Made by a program: the position numbers and the translations under genes. Below are positions 63,030 through 64,000 of a DNA stretch of 64,000 nt, in pieces (the stretch's first letter is position 1; every line of letters begins with the position of its first letter). The stretch comes from an uncultured Methanomassiliicoccales archaeon. GTDB lineage: Archaea; Thermoplasmatota; Thermoplasmata; Methanomassiliicoccales; UBA472. Location of the stretch: NCBI GenBank assembly GCA_963732855.1, contig CAVTBB010000005.1, positions 139,821 through 203,820 of the forward strand, read 5' to 3'. The notes beneath the pieces are model-generated. The model was given only the letters and a program-made list of their open reading frames with translations. It was not told where the DNA came from and searched no databases.

Positions 63030-63371
63030 TTATTTGGATCCTTCATATCGGTTAAGTTTCAGGTCAAAGTTGCTCGTGCTTCCATCCTTGAATTCCGTCG
63101 TCAGTACCATTCTTTCCGCATCGATGACGAGCGACATACATTCCATATTCGACGAATAGGTCCTATTCCGTTTATTCGTCCCATTCGCCTTCAGCAACCC
63201 GATCTTCTCCAGGTCTTTGATCCGCCGATAGCATTTTACCTGTGGTATCTCAAGCGCTTCAAACAGCTCCTTGACTCCTCTTGGACCAACATCGGTTAGA
63301 GCAAGTATTTTCGAGGCGTCGATGTCGAACGCTAATTCCGCCAAATCGAACGCCGCGACATTTGATTCCAT
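63030..63371 (-). CDS. ArsR/wHTH-type transcriptional regulator
   Basis: The segment ASKILALTDVGPRGVKELFEALEIPQVKCYRRIKDLEKIGLL is a winged helix. Its architecture (wHTH plus a beta-rich tail) is similar to the 24230 gene. Confidence 0.6.
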   Translation of the reverse strand: MESNVAAFDLAELAFDIDASKILALTDVGPRGVKELFEALEIPQVKCYRRIKDLEKIGLLKANGTNKRNRTYSSNMECMSLVIDAERMVLTTEFKDGSTSNFDLKLNRYEGSK

Positions 63372-63489
63372 TAAAGATTAGACCACCTCGAAGGTATTTA
63401 GCGATTCATCCAGGATTCTGGCTATTGATAGTGAGATTATAATTCTCGCTTTTCATGGGTTGAAAAGATTTGATTCCAATGAAATGATT

Positions 63490-64000
63490 TCAGTCGTAAA
63501 TCTTCCCGTGGTCCCAATCAGTGTCCCTTCTTGGATTCTTGTTGACGTAAATGGAGGTCAACCCATCCGGGTCATCAAGAACGAACCCTATCCCTTCGTT
63601 CTTCCTTGCCTCTAAAACCTTCTTGACCATCTGCTCGAACAATCGATCAACCCTAGCGAAAGCGGTGCCGAGAGTATCTTTCGGCCATTTCTCCTGTAGT
63701 TTCGTGTTCGAGACCGAAACGACAACGTCACAGAACCTTTCGAGGTCGGCCAGACAGACCTTAGCATCGTTGAGGCGCCGTTCCCCTTCGCCCGCGAAAG
63801 GCATGACCACGAAGGCGACGATCTTGGTCCAGGACGGGCTGAAGAACTCCGAGATCTTTGATGCCCCGAAAGAACCGGCCACCCCTCCGATCCCTGCTGC
63901 GATGATGAACACGTTGGATCCGAAGATCAGCTCCTCAACGACTTCAATGTGCCAATCGATCTTCTCAAGCTTCTCGGTAGGCGATAATTCGTGATCGTCC
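63490..64000 (-). CDS. FtsZ/tubulin-superfamily-like protein, partial (runs off window), divergent T4 loop, no canonical C-terminal domain
   Basis: The reading frame is open to position 64000. The segment GSNVFIIAAGIGGVAGSFGASKI...VAFVVMPFAGEGERRLNDAKVCLADLERFCDVVVSVSNTKL...LGTAFARVDRLFEQMVKKV parallels the FtsZ blocks 'VFITAGMGGGTGTGAAP...VVTKPFxFEGxxR...A..G...L....D..ivI.Nd.L...l..AF..aD.vL'. The protein ends ~40 aa later. Confidence 0.55.
   Translation of the reverse strand, partial: DDHELSPTEKLEKIDWHIEVVEELIFGSNVFIIAAGIGGVAGSFGASKISEFFSPSWTKIVAFVVMPFAGEGERRLNDAKVCLADLERFCDVVVSVSNTKLQEKWPKDTLGTAFARVDRLFEQMVKKVLEARKNEGIGFVLDDPDGLTSIYVNKNPRRDTDWDHGKIYD

Noticed and set aside
1-64000. I looked for CRISPR arrays, rRNA genes, integrases, transposases and reverse transcriptases.
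   Set aside because: I saw no run of regularly spaced direct repeats, no rRNA-like sequence, and no ORF with integrase, transposase or RT motifs while reading both strands. This was a visual scan, not a computed search.

Overview
This window looks like chromosomal DNA from a methylotrophic methanogenic archaeon. The gene content fits a Methanomassiliicoccales-like organism: mtaB-mtaC, an MtaA/MtbA-type methyltransferase, archaeal-type GlyRS, an intron-containing tRNA, TTTATATA promoter boxes and GGAGG-type RBSs. The taxon is an inference from content only. The backbone is housekeeping: mtaCB, a homocitrate-synthase-family gene, pyrK-pyrD, iscU-nifS, sufS, biotin carboxylase, ThpR, TrxR-like oxidoreductase, a 56-aa ferredoxin missed by the ORF track, Usp/CBS genes, GlyRS, ValRS, an ABC-2 exporter, tRNA-Cys and tRNA-Gly. 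Several accessory patches sit between these, mostly AT-richer by eye. (1) 5.4-11 kb holds a HEPN-like gene, gene wrecks (a ComEC fragment and a multiply frameshifted DHFR-family gene) and an orphan operon encoding a small HTH-like ORF plus a 673-aa alpha/alpha-toroid::classical-AAA fusion. I cannot assign that fusion to any described system, and it is my best candidate for something new. (2) 19.7-21 kb holds three overlapping pilin-like genes with no assembly machinery. (3) 21.4-24 kb is a GC-rich, heavily frameshifted second tusA-dsrE-nifS-nifU-DUF59 operon. (4) 29.9-31.7 kb holds tandem Fic paralogs. (5) 48.2-54.6 kb is a tRNA-Gly-flanked island with a split CARF-like/wHTH pair, an AbiEi/AbiEii-like pair and two frameshifted genes. 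(6) 54.7-64 kb is a co-directional minus-strand block: a truncated FtsZ-like gene, an HTH, three small ORFs and a bacterial-type AddB/AddA helicase-nuclease pair. I saw no CRISPR array, rRNA, integrase or transposase. All calls come from reading the translations and DNA by eye; no searches or computations were run.
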